Assembly: GCA_964057225.1 (NCBI GenBank)
Contig: OZ059899.1
Coordinates: forward strand, 4,836,001 to 4,900,000
Direction of reading: 5' to 3'
DNA length: 64,000 bases
Source: Auanema rhodensis
Taxonomy: Eukaryota; Animalia; Nematoda
Shown here: piece by piece, positions 60,188 to 64,000 of the stretch
How positions within the stretch are numbered: the stretch's first letter is position 1
Layout of the letters: every line of letters begins with the position of its first letter
Made by a program: the position numbers and the translations under genes
The notes under the pieces: model-generated
What the model saw: only the letters and a program-made list of their open reading frames with translations
What the model was told of the DNA's origin: nothing
Database searches by the model: none

Positions 60188-60852
60188 TTAATAATAACGT
60201 TCCAAAAATAAATATATTATTGTAACATATATTTTAAATAGTTTGTGTATAGCTTTAAATAGTGGAGAACTCAAAATTTTTTTATCATGAATCAGGTTAT
60301 TCACATTATTCACTGAGGTCCATTTATATCACGACTCCCACTCACCATTCAAGCTTATGCTGAGATTGGTAAAAAGATGACTAATAGCAGCCGAAATTTT
60401 AGTCACAACTCTACCACGGTTGTCAGTTTTTGCTAAGCAGCATTCCATTTTTTTTGTTGACTCAATCCTTTCTTGGATATAAGCTAAAGCTTTAAAAAGT
60501 TCTCTCTTTTTATATTTTCATAGTACTTTCATATAAGTCAACACTTGAAACTTCATCAGAATACTTACTAATACTTCTTCTTCATTTGGAGTTTCCGAAC
60601 AGATGGTGTTCTCCAATGTGACATTATTACTCATCTTGATTTCAATTTTTTTTGTCTTTATCCAGGCAGTGGTATCCAATCTAATCTTCTTTTGCTAGTC
60701 ATGCAGGGGCAACAGAGTATGAAATTGATTTCCCCATATTTTGACATACATTCTTCTTTTTCACCGGATTGAATTTCGTTTTTAATTTGAACTATTAATG
60801 AGCTATTCACTGATAGGAAATAAATAAATAGGAGAAGGATGATAACTCTTAT
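60188..60852 (-). pseudogene. Coding-like reading frame with a signal-peptide-like start, one frameshift and two TGA stops (pseudogene, foreign insert, or unresolved spliced gene)
   Basis: About 220 codons with only 2 internal TGA (60520, 60331) once a 5-bp AGATT duplication at 60678-60687 is removed. Confidence 0.35.
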
Positions 60853-61877
60853 GTCCTCTCGTACTTTTCATTTTTCTCCTTCATTTCAATGCAGTTACAA
60901 AGCATAAATATATATGTTATAACAGTTATTTCTTATTTTTTTTCTTTTTTTTTTGATCATCCGACTTCAACCATACCTCTTATTTGTGGGGTTGACTGAT
61001 CCTTCATCGTGTGCCGGTGTCAAACTTAAGGAATATAATACACTTCTTATATCACCACTTACTTTTATTTTTACCTTATTTCAAGCAAGAAAGACTATAT
61101 GAAAAGGTAATTTGTTTCTCATTATCTAATCTTATATCTCTACTTTTTCATTAGAGTTTTGCACTTCACATTGACATCTGTCCACTACTTTTAATGCTCA
61201 TTCACATGCTTTATGCACTTTTTTACAGCATTCTGCCTTTACGCTTAAAATTCACATTTACTGGTGTCTCCTCAGTTGTTATATACTAACTTTAACCTTT
61301 GCCTATGTTATACAAGTATTGTGTGCTACATTCTTTTCTCTTCAACCTATATTGAAATTATAAGTCAATTGTACACAAAATACTAATATAGAAGGAGTTC
61401 TAACTTCATTATTGTCAACATATAATTACTTTATATGGCTTATCTTTTGTATTTAATTTTTAAATTAATTATCTTTACACAGTAATGTTCTTAGTAATAT
61501 CTTCTTTTCTTTAGCTAGTGTACTTTCATGTTTGATTATACTCTTGGTTACAATCACTGATTTTGCATTTTTATTTCAGTCAATCTCCTTAAAAATTTTA
61601 AGCAACTGTCTTTTACTGATATTCAACCTTTTCTATTCATTTTTGCAAGTTGTTCTCATTATGTTATGTAGATATTTACTTTAATATTCCTTTCTGTACA
61701 AGTTTTACTGTTATTTACATTTCATTTCTTTAAAGAATTTATACTTTGACCCAATTTTATGTTGCAATTTTATGTTTTTTCTCCTGTTTTTATGAATTTT
61801 GTATTCATAAGTTCAATTCTTTTATTTCAGTTTAATTATTTACGTGCTAACACCTCGTTCATAATATTAGAGAAACA

Positions 61878-63039
61878 ATGACCACTGTAGCAGATCAAGA
61901 AAATTCTGTAGGAATCTCGAATACCGTATGTTCATTTGATTTATTTCCTATTTGGCTTATTCATTTTAGACAATTCATAATTTTCAAGCAATGTTTCCTA
62001 CTAAAACTGAAGCGCAAATTGAATCTGTTTTACAGAAGCATCATGGTGATATAGCTAGTACTATAGATGAGTTGCTCACTGATCAATCAGTAATATTTCC
62101 TTTTCTCTTTTCAAATACTTCTTTTTCTTCTTCTAGACTTCTTTTAATTCTGGTAATACTGCTTTATTTTACACCGCGGATTTTTCCAACTTTGCTTCTG
62201 CACCTTCAAACTGCCCTACTCAAATGACTTCTCCGGTGCCACCGCCACCTCCGTACTCTGAAGCTATTCGAAGTCCTGCGCATCCACCTCGTATTCAGTA
62301 TGCCTTGGAACCACCAGCTTCTGTAAACTCAAATGCCCCAACTTCATCTTCCTCTTCTTTAACTTGCGGTTCAATATCGTCTAGTCGAAGACATCATTCG
62401 GCTGATACTATTGATCATATGGCTGCTTCTATTACAAACAGAAGGTTAATTATATTAATTGTTCTAGTTTATTTGAAGTTTGTAATTTAGTCGTTATCGA
62501 AATACGAGAATGAGCTTGAACGAATTCAAACAAGAAAAGCGTCGACTAGATATCCTCAAGAAAGAAAATGAACAAAAACTTGAACATGTAACTGATGAAT
62601 CGCAAGCCAGGTTTATTTTTTTTATATTTGTACTAATCTCTACTTTATTTTAGGATTCTTGAAGACGAACAACTAGCACTTATGATGCAAGATCGTGAGC
62701 TCAATCGTTGTATGGGAATAGCTCCAGGTTGTACTCCAAGTGAACTTCTTTGAATTAATTTCTCTTTAGTTAATCAAAGACGAAGTTCCTCTTCTTTCCG
62801 ACCGGAAATGAATGCTCAACCGAAGCAGAGCCGGCGAGCTACATCTCCAGGTCCAATGGTACCTCAAGGGCCCATTGTCGATGAAATGCTCATGCAATCC
62901 ACAGAGAAAGATTTTCGCGAGAAATTAAAAATCATAAGCAAAGGTGGGTTTTTTGTTTTAATAGAATTTGTAATGTTCCGTTTCAGCTTCGAAAGCACGA
63001 ATTAGCCAAATTACTTCAAGATTTCGAAAGGAAGATTAA
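61878..63039 (+). CDS. CUE-domain protein (CUEDC1-like ubiquitin-binding adaptor)
   Basis: CUE domain FQAMFPTKTEAQIESVLQKHHGDIASTIDELL; PPPPPY motif; ILEDEQLALMMQD; FREKLKIISKASKARISQITSRF. Confidence 0.82.
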
Positions 63040-63199
63040 CCAACCTATAATGAATTTTCTTATTATGCATTTCCTGGGATATTTTTCCATCGAAAACAAA
63101 TGTTTGTACAAATGAAGTTTCATAACGCTTATTGGAATTTCAATAAATAAATAATCACATTTGAAAATTAAAAATTATGCGCAAAGTTCAATCGAATTA

Positions 63200-63963
63200 T
63201 TAATCATCTTCTCCAGCGGGCAGGTTATCCTTGAGAATGCCGTCGAAACGGATACGAATTTCTGTATTTGTTGGGTTTTCAATAGCAGTAGCAAACACCT
63301 GGTAACAAAGTATTTAAATATAAACTTGAAAATTGTGTAATACTTTGAAATGCAGAGCTTCCAAGGCGCCTCTTATGGCGCCAGCTATGATTTGAGAATA
63401 ACTGAGAGCTCCTAAAGAAGCTGGTACCTGAAAAGATAAAATAATCAAAATATACAAAAAAATATATACCTCAACGAGTTCAGTTAATGGATTATTTTCA
63501 ATGATTAAGGAAAATTCACGATCCCCAGCTCCCCAATTTGTAATGGCAGCTGGTACACCTGAAAATAATGAGACAGGTCTTGGGAAAGTATGAATTATCA
63601 AACCCAGATAACTCGGAATAGCGTTTTTACTCAAAACATCAGCCAATTGTCTGCAGTCAGTGCACTTAGGCACATGAGTGTTCTTAGCTAAAAAATCATC
63701 TGCCAAACGATTTCCCATATTGAATCCCATCTTAACGAGATACAAATTTTTTCATGCCACGTATGTTTTACTTTGCCTACCTTATCAAGCTGCATATTGA
63801 CCTGTTTTGGATCTTCATAATCTTTTAACATTTCTGTAACAAGAGCACCGTATGTCAAGGAGAAGAGCTCAGCACTCATCTAAATTTATCACTTCTATAC
63901 ACTTCATATTCACTCAGATACCTTTTTGGATTCAAGCACACCAGCTTTACTAGATTTAGCCAT
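63200..63963 (-). CDS. trpp-3: TRAPP complex subunit 3 (Bet3)
   Basis: ELFSLTYGALV..MLKDYED..VNMQLDKMGFNMGNRLADDFLAK...ENNPLTELVEVP...YSQIIAGAIRGALE...DNLPAGEDD*. Confidence 0.95.
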
Positions 63964-64000
63964 CTAAAATATGAACTTGTTATATTATTTGTGATTTGAT

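Overview
Gene-dense, AT-rich eukaryotic DNA from a rhabditid-type nematode that is not C. elegans. It has very many 40-60 nt introns and trans-splice-like acceptors just before start codons. Splicing by hand recovers about 20 protein-coding genes: the 3' end of acy-1, fbxl-1, rfs-1, mob-4, ubxn-4, cutc-1, a small multi-pass membrane protein, mett-10, gos-28, an RPE epimerase, a GIPC PDZ protein, a lips-type lipase, isw-1, Pcc1/LAGE3, golg-4, METTL18, cyld-1, mpk-1 (ERK), a CUEDC1-like protein and trpp-3. Several are arranged as probable operons or head-to-head pairs, and as I recall the C. elegans orthologues map to chromosome III (Nigon C). The most interesting observation is an 8-exon antisense gene nested in an isw-1 intron. 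It encodes a SARM1/TIR-1-like TIR domain in which the catalytic Glu appears to be replaced by Met. Other observations: (1) fbxl-1 can end in either of two different CaaX boxes, depending on splicing versus intron retention. (2) One cutc-1 intron needs a non-AG (GG) acceptor. (3) AAG acceptors are unusually common across the window. (4) A lipase intron holds a ~0.5-0.6 kb self-complementary element. (5) There are candidate small ORFs and a disrupted, signal-peptide-bearing reading frame near 60 kb. Most ORFs in the supplied track are exon fragments or low-complexity artefacts. No tRNA, rRNA, CRISPR array or intact transposon was recognised.
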